Positions 36,422 through 45,966 of a DNA stretch of 47,242 bases are shown here, piece after piece. The translations under genes were made by a program, and so were the position numbers. The stretch lies in NCBI GenBank assembly GCA_964485745.1, contig CAZAKO010000003.1:8562-55803 (forward strand). Direction: 5' to 3'. Within the stretch, counting starts at the first letter, position 1. Each line of letters starts with the position of its first letter. Source of the stretch: an uncultured bacterium (lineage in GTDB: Bacteria > Fidelibacterota > UBA2242). The notes beneath the pieces were generated by a model that had not been told where the DNA came from, made no database searches, and was given only the letters and a program-made list of their open reading frames with translations.

Positions 36422-36982
36422 TTATCCCAACAGGTGTTCGAGCAGGATTTTTAATCCGATTCCGATTAGAATAATTCCGCCCAGGATTTCGACTTTTTTG
36501 CCGAAACGGTCGCCTATCTGCTTCCCAATAAAAGTTCCGGTCAGGGACATGGCAAAGGTAATTAAACCAATGATTATCACTGGAGTAGCAATTCCGATCT
36601 GAAGCAAGGCAAAAGTAATTCCGACCGCCAAGGCATCAACACTGGTCGCGAATGACAAGGTCATGAGATTTTGAAAGCGAGTTGGATCAGAAATATCGCG
36701 GCATTCCTTCGTACTAACGGCTTGATAAATCATCCGCGTACCGATGTACGTCAATAGAACGAAGGCTAACCAATGATCCCAATTGGCGATGAAAACCTGC
36801 AGTGCTTTTCCTGCTAACCAGCCAATCACCGGCATCAAGGCCTGGAAAGAACCGAAGGCCAGGGCGATTTTCAAAGCTTTGGGACGTTTAGGGGCTTGAA
36901 GTGTTAGTCCGCAGGACACAGAAACAGCAAAAGCATCCATCGCCAAGCCGATACCAATTAATATAGTCGCCATTAGATCCAC
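36422..36982 (-). CDS. mntP: Manganese efflux pump MntP
   Basis: 186 aa, about 6 TM, with duplicated DUF204 motifs (LAMDAFAVS and SVDALAVG). GTG start at 36982 (alternative ATG at 36973). Confidence 0.88.
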   Translation of the reverse strand: MDLMATILIGIGLAMDAFAVSVSCGLTLQAPKRPKALKIALAFGSFQALMPVIGWLAGKALQVFIANWDHWLAFVLLTYIGTRMIYQAVSTKECRDISDPTRFQNLMTLSFATSVDALAVGITFALLQIGIATPVIIIGLITFAMSLTGTFIGKQIGDRFGKKVEILGGIILIGIGLKILLEHLLG

Positions 36983-36985
36983 AGC

Positions 36986-38302
36986 TTAGTTTTCATCTCC
37001 GGTAATTTCGATGGCATCGGTGGCGATATCCGGGAGTTCCGCGGACGTCTTCCCTTCTATTTCGACACGTGCGATTTTATCAAAAGCATTGGAAATTTTG
37101 CTGGAAGTCGTGTGAATCTCCTTAATGTCCTTATGCACGGTATCAATATGCGTAGACAATTTATTCCAGCGTTCACGGTAGCGCCGAAATTCTTCGGAGA
37201 GTTTGACGATTTCCTGCTGAATGATATCGGCATATTTCTGCCGCTCCATATCCCGCAGAACAATTTGAATGGTGTTGAGAACCGCCATAAATGTCGTGGG
37301 CGAGGTAATCCAAACACGCTGGTGGTGCGCATACTTGATCAGATCATCGTGATAGGCGTACAGCTCCGCAAAGACGGCTTCAGCAGGGATGAACATAATG
37401 GCCTGATTGGCGGTTTCACCGGGGATAATGTACTTTTCACTTATATCATCTATCTGATTCTTGACATCGGTCTCGAACAATTTACCTGCCCGGGTGCGGT
37501 CGTTATCGGGCAAATTGCGATCGATCATACGCTTATAGTTGTCCAGTGGGAATTTGGCATCAATTGGCAAATTCCCGATGGGGGCCGGTAAAAATAGCAT
37601 CGCATCCACGGTGCGGGAGTTGCTCAGCGAGTACTGCGTGCGGAAAACGCTGTCATTTTTTTCACCGAAAACTGCATACAGGATATGATTCAGTTGGACT
37701 TCTCCGAAGATGCCGCGGCTTTTCTTGTCACTCAGAATTTCCTGTAAGGAAACGACATTCATCGACAGATTCTCGATATTTTTCTGAGCTTCGTCTATCT
37801 TGGCCAGTCGTTCCAGCACATTGTTGAACGTTTCGTTGGATTTTTTAAAGCCTTCATTCAGGTTTTCTTGAACTTTGGTATTGATGGCTTCTAATTTATT
37901 CTCGACGGAGAGGATGAGACGATCAAAATCCTCAGTAATGGCTTTTTTTAGAATTTCTTTGAAAGCACTGAAATCTTCGGTAAGCCGTTTGCTGTTCTCC
38001 CCCATCGACTTGGTGAGCTCGGCTTGGAATGCGCCGAATCTTTGCACCAGTTCCTGGTTTTTGGACGAAAGATTATCGCTGAACTTGGTGAATCGCTCCT
38101 GAACGATATCCGCCGTATTCGACCGAATCAAGTCCGGAAAGACTTGCAGGCGCGCTTCAAAATCGGTGATCTTTCCTTTCAGCGCCTCGAGATCCCGCCA
38201 GAGTTCGCCGCTATTGTTCTTTCTGATATTTAACCAAATCAACATCAGCAGAATAAAAATGATCAGCGTCGTAAATCCGGTAATTGTCATTAGTGTATTC
38301 AT
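36986..38302 (-). CDS. rmuC: DNA recombination protein RmuC
   Basis: 438 aa. N-terminal TM helix, long coiled coil, and a RmuC nuclease-like C-terminal domain (VDAMLFLP...IDAKFPL, MFIPAEAVF). The ATG overlaps the tadA stop (ATGA). Confidence 0.88.
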   Translation of the reverse strand: MNTLMTITGFTTLIIFILLMLIWLNIRKNNSGELWRDLEALKGKITDFEARLQVFPDLIRSNTADIVQERFTKFSDNLSSKNQELVQRFGAFQAELTKSMGENSKRLTEDFSAFKEILKKAITEDFDRLILSVENKLEAINTKVQENLNEGFKKSNETFNNVLERLAKIDEAQKNIENLSMNVVSLQEILSDKKSRGIFGEVQLNHILYAVFGEKNDSVFRTQYSLSNSRTVDAMLFLPAPIGNLPIDAKFPLDNYKRMIDRNLPDNDRTRAGKLFETDVKNQIDDISEKYIIPGETANQAIMFIPAEAVFAELYAYHDDLIKYAHHQRVWITSPTTFMAVLNTIQIVLRDMERQKYADIIQQEIVKLSEEFRRYRERWNKLSTHIDTVHKDIKEIHTTSSKISNAFDKIARVEIEGKTSAELPDIATDAIEITGDEN

Positions 38303-38769
38303 TGTTTCTCTCTGAGTTTTTTAAAGAAGGCGTCGAGGAGTGCCTGACACTTTTCCTGGACAATTCCACCACGTACTAATGCTTTGTGATTTAACAGGTT
38401 TTGGTCCAAAAGGTTTTCCACTGAGCCACACATCCCGTACTCCCGATCATAAGCGCCGAAAACGACTCGCGGTAGCCGCGCATTCAGAATTGCACCCGCA
38501 CACATTGCGCACGGTTCTAACGTGACGTATAGTGTGCAATCATCGAGACGCCAGGCCTCGCGGGCGATTGCCGCAGAAGTAATCGCCAACATTTCTGCAT
38601 GGGCGGTCGGATCTTTCAGAGTCTCTCTCTGATTGTAGCCCCGCCCGATGATTTTATTAGCATGTACGATCACCGCTCCGACCGGTACTTCGTTACAGTT
38701 CAGAGCTTTATCGGCTTCTTTTAGTGCAAATTCCATCCAGTGTTCGTCGTCGTTTTGCATCAGACCCAT
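38299..38769 (-). CDS. tadA: tRNA adenosine(34) deaminase
   Basis: CDA zinc motifs HAEMLAI and PCAMCAGA, plus WM..AL..A opening and EVPVGAV. Start at ATG 38769 or 38760 is preferred over 38814, leaving a divergent promoter gap with the symporter gene. Confidence 0.9.
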   Translation of the reverse strand: MGLMQNDDEHWMEFALKEADKALNCNEVPVGAVIVHANKIIGRGYNQRETLKDPTAHAEMLAITSAAIAREAWRLDDCTLYVTLEPCAMCAGAILNARLPRVVFGAYDREYGMCGSVENLLDQNLLNHKALVRGGIVQEKCQALLDAFFKKLREKQ

Positions 38770-38843
38770 ACGAAAATTTAACCAATTCGGTTGTGGAAAA
38801 CCAACCATCTGCATTGAATCTTTCCCGGAATTTGCGTATTATT

Positions 38844-40562
38844 ATGCCAAATTTTGAGAACGTCAAAGCAAAGGCAGATATGGAAACCGCGCGCGAAATT
38901 CTGAATAGTACTGCTAATTTGATCTGGAGTTTTCCGGACTTCTTTCCCGTGATGATTATTTTATTACTGACGACGGGACTGCTGATGACGATCCGGACGC
39001 GGCTGGTGCAATATCGCCTATTCTGGCATTCCTGGAAGGTGATGTTCGGGAAATTTGATAAAGACGATACTCCCGGCGACATCAATCATTTTCAAACGAT
39101 TTCGGCAGTCCTCTCCGCCACCGTAGGCATTGGAAATATTGCCGGCGTCGCAACTGCAATCCATTACGGCGGCCCCGGTGCCCTATTTTGGATGTGGGTG
39201 ACGGCTTTGTTAGGAATGGCACTAAAATATTCCGAAGCCCTGTTAGCGGTCAAGTACCGCAAACAAAATACTGACGGCACCTATTCCGGTGGACCTATGT
39301 ATTATATCGAACGCGGTTTAGGTTCAAACTGGAAATGGATGGCGATATTGTTTGCATCAATGACCGCCATCGCCGCCCTTGGTATCGGCAATACGATCCA
39401 GGCTTTTACCATGGCAGATCAGATGCGGGCTGATTTTGGGATTCCGACCTGGGTGACCGGTTTACTGTCGGCGACCATAGTCGGCGTCGTGATCATTGGT
39501 GGGGTCAAACGCATCGGCAGAGTCACTTCTTTTCTGTCACCTTTTATGTGTCTCCTGTATATGACCGGTGGCCTGGTAATCATTGTTTTGAATTATAAAA
39601 GTCTTCCGCAATGCATGGCCCTGATTCTCGGCAATGCTTTCACTGCGACGGATGGCGTAGGTGGATTCGCCGGAGCGACGTTTCTTTTTGGAATGATGTG
39701 GGGTGTCAAACGGGGACTGTTCAGCAATGAAGCCGGTCAGGGTAGTGCCCCCATCCTGCACGCCGTAGCCCGTACCGATGAACCAGCCCGGGAAGGCGCC
39801 AATTCAATGTTAGGTCCTTTTATTGACACGATCGTAGTCTGTTCGATCACTGGTCTGGTTATCGTCATGACCGGAGTCTGGTCGCAGAAAAAGACCGATA
39901 CCCTCCCGCTGAATCAACAAGCCGCCATAACGCTCGTCGATCAAAATTCGACTATCCAGACTAATTCACGAATTTGCGGCAAAGTCGTCGCTGACACCAT
40001 ACTTACCATGCACGCTGGGCAAATACCGACCGGCCTCCAATTTATCCGCAATCATGCCGTGGTTGATAGTGCGATCCTGCTGGTCAATGCCAGACCCTTT
40101 GACGGTGTTCTGCATTTCACTGGCGGAATCCCCAAAACCGACAACCCCGATGATATCATCTCCTTACAAGGTAAAATGGTACAGAATGGTTCGATTCTGA
40201 CTGCCTGGGCGTTTCAGGTTGGGTTAGCAGATTTGGTTGGTTGGGGCGGTTTCATCGTAACAATTGGGGTCTTCCTCTTTGCGATTTCGACGGCCATCAG
40301 CTGGTACTTCTACGGTGATCGCGGAATTCAGTACCTTTTTGGTGACAGGGCGATTCCTTTTTATAAATGGATTTACGTTGCTTTGCATTTCATCGGAGCG
40401 GTGGTTTCGTTGGAAGTGGTCTGGAGTTTCGGTGATATTGCTAACGGATTGATGGCAATTCCCAACCTCATTGCCGTTATCCTTTTATCGCGTGTAGTGC
40501 GCGACGATACTCGCCGATATACCCTGATGTATTCCAACAAACGACTCCCAAAAAACGTTTGA
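38844..40562 (+). CDS. Sodium:alanine (AGCS family) symporter with enlarged loop
   Basis: AGCS signature FQTISAVLSATVGIGNIAGVATAIHYGGPGALFWMW, plus GLFSNEAGQGSAP. ATG 38844 is preferred; the ORF-track start 38724 would overlap tadA. At 573 aa it is longer than typical family members as I recall them. Confidence 0.88.
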   Translation: MPNFENVKAKADMETAREILNSTANLIWSFPDFFPVMIILLLTTGLLMTIRTRLVQYRLFWHSWKVMFGKFDKDDTPGDINHFQTISAVLSATVGIGNIAGVATAIHYGGPGALFWMWVTALLGMALKYSEALLAVKYRKQNTDGTYSGGPMYYIERGLGSNWKWMAILFASMTAIAALGIGNTIQAFTMADQMRADFGIPTWVTGLLSATIVGVVIIGGVKRIGRVTSFLSPFMCLLYMTGGLVIIVLNYKSLPQCMALILGNAFTATDGVGGFAGATFLFGMMWGVKRGLFSNEAGQGSAPILHAVARTDEPAREGANSMLGPFIDTIVVCSITGLVIVMTGVWSQKKTDTLPLNQQAAITLVDQNSTIQTNSRICGKVVADTILTMHAGQIPTGLQFIRNHAVVDSAILLVNARPFDGVLHFTGGIPKTDNPDDIISLQGKMVQNGSILTAWAFQVGLADLVGWGGFIVTIGVFLFAISTAISWYFYGDRGIQYLFGDRAIPFYKWIYVALHFIGAVVSLEVVWSFGDIANGLMAIPNLIAVILLSRVVRDDTRRYTLMYSNKRLPKNV

Positions 40563-40566
40563 TTGT

Positions 40567-41391
40567 ATGTTATCTAATACACTTGCAGTCAGTGAAATAC
40601 AGCGGTTCTTTGAAACAGCTTTATCCGCGGCACTCTCCGCGGGGGAACTATTATTGAGCCGAGTCAATTCCGAGCTGAACACGAAGTACAAAGGGCGAGT
40701 TAATTTAGTGACATCCGCCGATCAGGATGCGGAACAACTAATCATTGATATTATCCGGAACTCTTTTCCTGCTCACCAGATCTTAGCCGAAGAACGGCCG
40801 CCGGTGGCGACCGCTTCTGAATATCGCTGGATAATTGATCCCCTCGATGGCACAACCAATTACGTCCACGGCCTTCCTTTCTATGCAGTCTCGATTGCCC
40901 TTGAATGGCGTGGGCGTATTATTGTCGGCGTCGTCAACGTTCCGGCTCTGCATGAAGTTTTCACCGCCATCCACGGTCAGGGCGCCTATTTGAATAAAAA
41001 ATCCATTCTGGTTTCAACCACCACCCAATTGAATAATGCCTTGCTCGCGACCGGTTTCCCCTATGAACAGGAAACACACTTTCACCTTAATTTTGAATTA
41101 TTCAAAGCCTTTTATCAAAAGTGTCAGGGTATCCGACGCGCTGGCTCCGCGGCCATTGACCTTTGTTATGTGGCCTGTGGTCGTTTTGATGGTTTCTGGG
41201 AATATGCACTCAATCCATGGGATGTAGCCGCAGGCAGTCTGATTGTTACCGAAGCCAGTGGTAAAGTCACCAACATTGACCGAACGCCTTTTCGGGTAGA
41301 TGCCAGACAAATCCTGGCGACCAACGGCCGGATCATGGACGAGATGTACGGTATTTTCGAACAATTTTCTTTACCGGGGAGACAAATATGA
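40567..41391 (+). CDS. suhB: Inositol monophosphatase family protein (SuhB-like)
   Basis: 274 aa. IMPase motifs EE (LAEERP), WIIDPLDGTTNYVHG and WDVAAG. Starts 4 nt after the symporter stop, and its stop overlaps the next ATG (ATGA at 41388-41391). Confidence 0.85.
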   Translation: MLSNTLAVSEIQRFFETALSAALSAGELLLSRVNSELNTKYKGRVNLVTSADQDAEQLIIDIIRNSFPAHQILAEERPPVATASEYRWIIDPLDGTTNYVHGLPFYAVSIALEWRGRIIVGVVNVPALHEVFTAIHGQGAYLNKKSILVSTTTQLNNALLATGFPYEQETHFHLNFELFKAFYQKCQGIRRAGSAAIDLCYVACGRFDGFWEYALNPWDVAAGSLIVTEASGKVTNIDRTPFRVDARQILATNGRIMDEMYGIFEQFSLPGRQI

Positions 41392-44300
41392 ACTACCTTA
41401 AAATCATTGTCTGCTTTCTTATTATGTTTAACTTCAGCTTGGGGCAGATCGAGATTATTCTCGATAATGACCAGCCCAATTTCTCCAAACAAGGCACGAC
41501 CTGGAACTTGAAAACCCACGCTGACTGTTACAATGGCACCGGACGTTATAGCAAACGGGGACAGGGCAACAACTGGGCTAAATGGGAGACAGCGATCATT
41601 TTTCCGGGAGCTTATCATTTGGATTACTGGTTGATCAATTACAAATACGCCAGTGACGCCCACGCCTATGTCAAAACGGATACTGGCGATTCTGCAATTA
41701 TCATTAACGAATATTATCAACCAAAGGGATGGAGCCGCTTAGGAACTTTCAACCTGACGGACAATTTTACGTTTAAAATCACCGACCTGTTTGCTGACAC
41801 CAACGCCACCTACGTTTATATTGATGCACTCAAATTAACTTATGCCAATCCGACTTATAATCTGGGTGGACAGGTACAGACCGCGATTACTGACACAACC
41901 TCAATCATCAAGGTTGAACTTTATCAATCCGGTACGGCTAACCTGCTGATTGAAAGGATATTGAACCCTGGCAACCGACAGTTTACTTTTGAAAATATTC
42001 CGGAAGGATTTTATACCATTATTTGCAGTGCCTGGGGCTATGACACATTGACAGTCGAGGCTGTGCAACTCAGCGGTGGCGATTTGACGAATTTGAATCT
42101 GACCTTGAATCGTGCGACTTTGAATCGCTATACTCTAACAGGAAGCGTGCAGTTAGACGATCACTCAAATATTAAGCGCTGTCGGATTGATGTCTTCCCT
42201 TTGGTACTCTCCTACCCTGTTGCCTACGATTCGATTGGAGACGGTGAAGCGTTTACTTTTGCGGAACTGCCTGCCGGCAGTTATCGTCTCCGGTACAGCG
42301 GCGCAGGTTACCTGACCGATTCGACAACTCATGCCAATGTCAATCTCGACCATAACCTCAATTTGCCGGCAACGACGCTTTATGCGTTCTTTCAGGTGGC
42401 GTGGATTACCGACTCCCACATCGGCGCAGGCACAGAGACGGCGTTTACCAAGGTACGCGATGCGATCAATAATCGCATGGCGGATCTTGATTTTCTGATT
42501 CACACGGGCGATATGACTGAACGAGGTTCAAACTCAGAGTTAGCTGACTTTAAAAGTTATGCCTCAGGATTCCGCCTTCCCGTCTATTATGTCCCCGGAA
42601 ACCACGATACAAAGTGGTCGGAATCCGGATTACAGACTTATATAAATACGTTTGGTTCTCTACATTTCTCCTTTAATCATAAGGGCTTTCATTTTGTGGG
42701 GATGAATTCCGGAACACCGATGAAAGGCGGCAGTGGTTATTTTGATCCAGCTGAAATCCAATGGCTGATCACCGACCTTGCTAATCTGCCTGACCCGAAT
42801 ATGCCGATCATTTTCGCGACCCATATGCCCGTGGATATCGGTTCCTGCGCCAATTACTGGAGCGTACTTGATATCCTCAAACGCTACCGGACGGCTTTTA
42901 TTTTGGTCGGGCACGGTCATTCCAATCAGACCCACAACTTCGAAGGCATTGATGGCGCGATGTCTTTTGATACTTATCGTGCTGATTACCCGTCCGGCTA
43001 CAACGTCCTCAACATCTCGCGCAAGGAAATCGCTATCTCCTCCTGCTTGAACAGCACCAATTTGGTCAGCGGTGCTACCTGGTTCCGCAAACCTTTCAAG
43101 GCAGTCATCCAGCCGGTGATAGAATTCGTCAATCTCAATGAAGATGAAAGTCTGAGTGGTACACGTAACATCCAGATCACGGTTTCCGCGCCGATGAACA
43201 GCGGCGTTTATGAAATCCGCAGTGGCGGCAGTGGGACCCCGGCCTTATCGGGTAGTGGAATGAACTGGAATTTCAATCTGAACACCGTTAGTCTGGAAAA
43301 CGGCTCGCATGTTGTGATGGTTACCTTTACCGACGCCACCGGGCAAAAATATACCTGCACCCGCGAATTTTACGTCGCCAATGGCTATCCCCGGGCAGTC
43401 TGGCGTTACGATGCAGGAGCGATTGTAATTGGCACTCCGGCATACGACAGCAGTCAGGTTTTCTTTGGCACAAGCGCGGGCAAAATCCACGCAGTCAACC
43501 GGGAAACCGGTTTGCCGGGTTGGTCACCGGTTCAGACTGATGGTGCGGTTTTTTCATCGCCATGTATTTCCGACTCGACACTTTATATCGGTTCTTCCGA
43601 TGGTAAATTGTACGCAATCTCCACTATCGACGGTTCGATTCGCTGGACTTTCAACGCCGGGCAGGCTGTGATTTGTCCGGTTGTCGCCGTGGATTCACTT
43701 TTATACTTTGCCGGCAGTAGTAAATTGTACTGCCTCAATCTGAAAACTCAGCAGAAAGTCTGGGAGTACGTGACCGGCGGTCTGATTGAAAGTAAACCCG
43801 CCATATTGGGCGAAAAAATCATCGTGACTTCCTGGGACCGCAACGCGCACTGTGTCAATCGTTTCACCGGAACATCAATCTGGCGCTGGAACAAGCAATC
43901 CAGTTTCTATTATGCTCCGGCGGCCTGCTGGCCGGTCATCGGGCTTGATAAGGTTTTCGTCGTGGATCCGATGAAAAACCTGACTGCCATCAATCTTGCT
44001 ACTGGGGCGACTATCTGGGAAAGCGGCGGTACTCCGCAAGCCTGGGAGTCAATTGGCATTTCCGAAGACAAAACTCGCGTTTATATTCGCTCACTCGACG
44101 GCAATCTCTATGCTTTTTCGGGAATAGCAACGTCCAAACAACAGGTCTGGTCTTCCGCCACGGATTACGGCTGGGACTCGACTCCTTCCATGCCAATCGA
44201 AAAGAATGGTGCGGTGCTGACCGGCGGGAAAAAAGGCTTCATCGTTTCCGTTGCCGCGCATAACGGACAGGTAAACTGGAAATACTGGGTGTCGCAAGCG

Positions 44301-44702
44301 TTGGTTTCGACGGTCAATGCGATAGACGGTGTGACGGCATTAGCCGGTTCGTTGGATGGCTCGGTAGCCTTGATAACCGGCGATCCGGCGCTCGCCAACC
44401 GTGAAGAAAAACCGCTTCTCCCACTTGAAAATCAGCTGTTAGCCGCGGCGCCGAATCCTTTTAACAGCAACACTAAAATCAGGTTTATTCTGCGCGAACT
44501 GCAAACTGTCAGAGTCACTATTTACGATTTGAGAGGCGTGCCGCAATTTACCTGGACGCAAAATAACCTGCCCGCGGGTTATCATGAAATTTTGTGGAAC
44601 GGGCGGGATGCAACCGGTCGCGAGCTGGCTTCCGGTGTCTATTTAGTCCGCATCCAGGGACGACAGTTCGAGCAATCCCGGAAAATCATGTATCTGAAGT
44701 GA
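41388..44702 (+). CDS. Secreted multidomain protein: golvesin-like glycan-binding module + 2x CarboxypepD_reg-like + metallophosphoesterase + Ig-like + PQQ-like beta-propeller + T9SS C-terminal sorting domain
   Basis: 1104 aa with a signal peptide.
- Residues 20-152: IILDNDQPNFSKQG..W...NWAKW...PGAYHLDYW pattern.
- Residues 157-333: two beta-sandwich repeats.
- Residues 335-545: full calcineurin-like motif set (WITDSHIG, HTGDMTERG, VPGNHD, ATHMP, LVGHGHS).
- Residues 668-998: repeated GxxxAxxxxTGxxxW PQQ_2-type blades.
- Residues 1019-1104: PNPFNSNTKIRF...GVYLVRIQ...KIMYLK, a type-A T9SS CTD. Confidence 0.85.
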   Translation: MNYLKIIVCFLIMFNFSLGQIEIILDNDQPNFSKQGTTWNLKTHADCYNGTGRYSKRGQGNNWAKWETAIIFPGAYHLDYWLINYKYASDAHAYVKTDTGDSAIIINEYYQPKGWSRLGTFNLTDNFTFKITDLFADTNATYVYIDALKLTYANPTYNLGGQVQTAITDTTSIIKVELYQSGTANLLIERILNPGNRQFTFENIPEGFYTIICSAWGYDTLTVEAVQLSGGDLTNLNLTLNRATLNRYTLTGSVQLDDHSNIKRCRIDVFPLVLSYPVAYDSIGDGEAFTFAELPAGSYRLRYSGAGYLTDSTTHANVNLDHNLNLPATTLYAFFQVAWITDSHIGAGTETAFTKVRDAINNRMADLDFLIHTGDMTERGSNSELADFKSYASGFRLPVYYVPGNHDTKWSESGLQTYINTFGSLHFSFNHKGFHFVGMNSGTPMKGGSGYFDPAEIQWLITDLANLPDPNMPIIFATHMPVDIGSCANYWSVLDILKRYRTAFILVGHGHSNQTHNFEGIDGAMSFDTYRADYPSGYNVLNISRKEIAISSCLNSTNLVSGATWFRKPFKAVIQPVIEFVNLNEDESLSGTRNIQITVSAPMNSGVYEIRSGGSGTPALSGSGMNWNFNLNTVSLENGSHVVMVTFTDATGQKYTCTREFYVANGYPRAVWRYDAGAIVIGTPAYDSSQVFFGTSAGKIHAVNRETGLPGWSPVQTDGAVFSSPCISDSTLYIGSSDGKLYAISTIDGSIRWTFNAGQAVICPVVAVDSLLYFAGSSKLYCLNLKTQQKVWEYVTGGLIESKPAILGEKIIVTSWDRNAHCVNRFTGTSIWRWNKQSSFYYAPAACWPVIGLDKVFVVDPMKNLTAINLATGATIWESGGTPQAWESIGISEDKTRVYIRSLDGNLYAFSGIATSKQQVWSSATDYGWDSTPSMPIEKNGAVLTGGKKGFIVSVAAHNGQVNWKYWVSQALVSTVNAIDGVTALAGSLDGSVALITGDPALANREEKPLLPLENQLLAAAPNPFNSNTKIRFILRELQTVRVTIYDLRGVPQFTWTQNNLPAGYHEILWNGRDATGRELASGVYLVRIQGRQFEQSRKIMYLK

Positions 44703-45966
44703 TGCCGTTTTCTCCAGCTTCTTCCGACTCACGCGACGTGCGTTCGATCAGTACTTCCTGAATTACTCGTCGTGAGGCTTTCCTGACGGTTAACAACCAG
44801 TCCTGGTAACGCAATCGTTCACCGGCGCGGGGCAGATACTGCAGGCGATCAATAATATACCCGCCGATCGTATCATAATCCCCGTCGGGTAATTCAATGC
44901 CAAAGCGCTCGCGCAGTTCACTGATTTCCGTTCGTCCGTTGGTAATGATTGAACCATCGGCGGTAATCCGGTCACGCAAAGGTTCCCGATCATATTCATC
45001 TTCCAGCTCGCCGACGACTTCTTCAAGAATATCTTCGACTGTGACGATTCCCTCTGCCCCGCCATATTCATCCACTACGATTGCCATATTCTGACCGCTA
45101 CTGCGTAGTTGTTCAAATAAAAGGGCGATTTTCATATTGGGTGGAACGAAGAGCGCCGACCGATAGAATTTTTTTAGCGAGGCGTTGCCATTTTCGCCAA
45201 GTATGTCGAAACTATTGAGAATCCCGATGATCCGGTCAATCCTTTGATGATAAATCGGGAAACGGCGATGCTTGGTTTGGGCGATCAGGGCGACCGCGTC
45301 GCGTACTTTGTCCCGGACATTCAGAGCGGAGACATTGATCAGCGGAATCATAACCTCATCCACCCGCTGAGCCTTAAAGTCCAACAACCGGTCGATCATT
45401 TTGCGCTCGGCCGGCTTGATATCGCTGCGTTCACTGATGACCCGCATCAACAGTTGGATTTCCTCCCGATTGATAAATGGCAGGCCGCTTGCCGGTTTAC
45501 CGGATAACGAAGTTATAATCAGTGAAGCGACTCGTGAGAAAATCCAAACGACCGGATAGAATAACCAGGCAAAGAATTTCAGAACAGGATATACTCTTAT
45601 GGCCAGCTGATTATTGTAATGCTGAAAAATACTCTTGGGCACGATCTCGGCAAAAATCCAGTTGATCAAGGCCATCAGCGCAATGGCTAAGGGTACTCCC
45701 TTCGCGTCGAATAGACTATAGAATAGCAAAGTCGCCAGGGTACTACCAAGTACCATGCAGAAATTCGTACCAAACAAAGTCGTGCCCAGGATCCACTCGG
45801 GATTGCGCAATGCGTCCAGAACCTGGCGGGCCGGTACATTACCTAATTTCGCCTCGTGCCGCAATCGCAATCGGTCAGCCGAAAAAAGCGCGATCTCGGA
45901 ACCCGAGAAGAAACCTTCGCCTAATACACAAATCAGAATAATAACAATGAGAATTCCTGAATACAT
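44686..45966 (-). CDS. CNNM/CorC-family transporter (DUF21-CBS pair-CorC_HlyC), GldE-like
   Basis: About 426 aa. DUF21 TM region ([18 protein letters not shown]), CBS pair and a CorC_HlyC tail ([19 protein letters not shown]). ATG 45966 overlaps the upstream stop by 1 nt (TGATG); GTG 45969 is the alternative. The 3' end overlaps the convergent 1104-aa gene by 17 nt. Confidence 0.88.
   Translation of the reverse strand: MYSGILIVIILICVLGEGFFSGSEIALFSADRLRLRHEAKLGNVPARQVLDALRNPEWILGTTLFGTNFCMVLGSTLATLLFYSLFDAKGVPLAIALMALINWIFAEIVPKSIFQHYNNQLAIRVYPVLKFFAWLFYPVVWIFSRVASLIITSLSGKPASGLPFINREEIQLLMRVISERSDIKPAERKMIDRLLDFKAQRVDEVMIPLINVSALNVRDKVRDAVALIAQTKHRRFPIYHQRIDRIIGILNSFDILGENGNASLKKFYRSALFVPPNMKIALLFEQLRSSGQNMAIVVDEYGGAEGIVTVEDILEEVVGELEDEYDREPLRDRITADGSIITNGRTEISELRERFGIELPDGDYDTIGGYIIDRLQYLPRAGERLRYQDWLLTVRKASRRVIQEVLIERTSRESEEAGENGITSDT

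Noticed and set aside
36983-36985. Expected a yybP-ykoY manganese riboswitch upstream of mntP
   Set aside because: Only 3 nt separate the rmuC stop from the mntP start, so there is no room for a leader RNA. mntP appears to be co-transcribed with rmuC.
38724-38843. N-terminal 40-aa extension of the symporter ORF (ORF-track start 38724)
   Set aside because: It would overlap tadA on the opposite strand and adds a non-hydrophobic leader absent from AGCS proteins. ATG 38844 begins the conserved N-terminus.
41166-41720. 184-aa minus-strand ORF spanning the IMPase / 1104-aa gene junction
   Set aside because: It is antisense to two well-supported genes with strong family motifs. It has no recognisable motif or RBS, so it is a typical shadow ORF.
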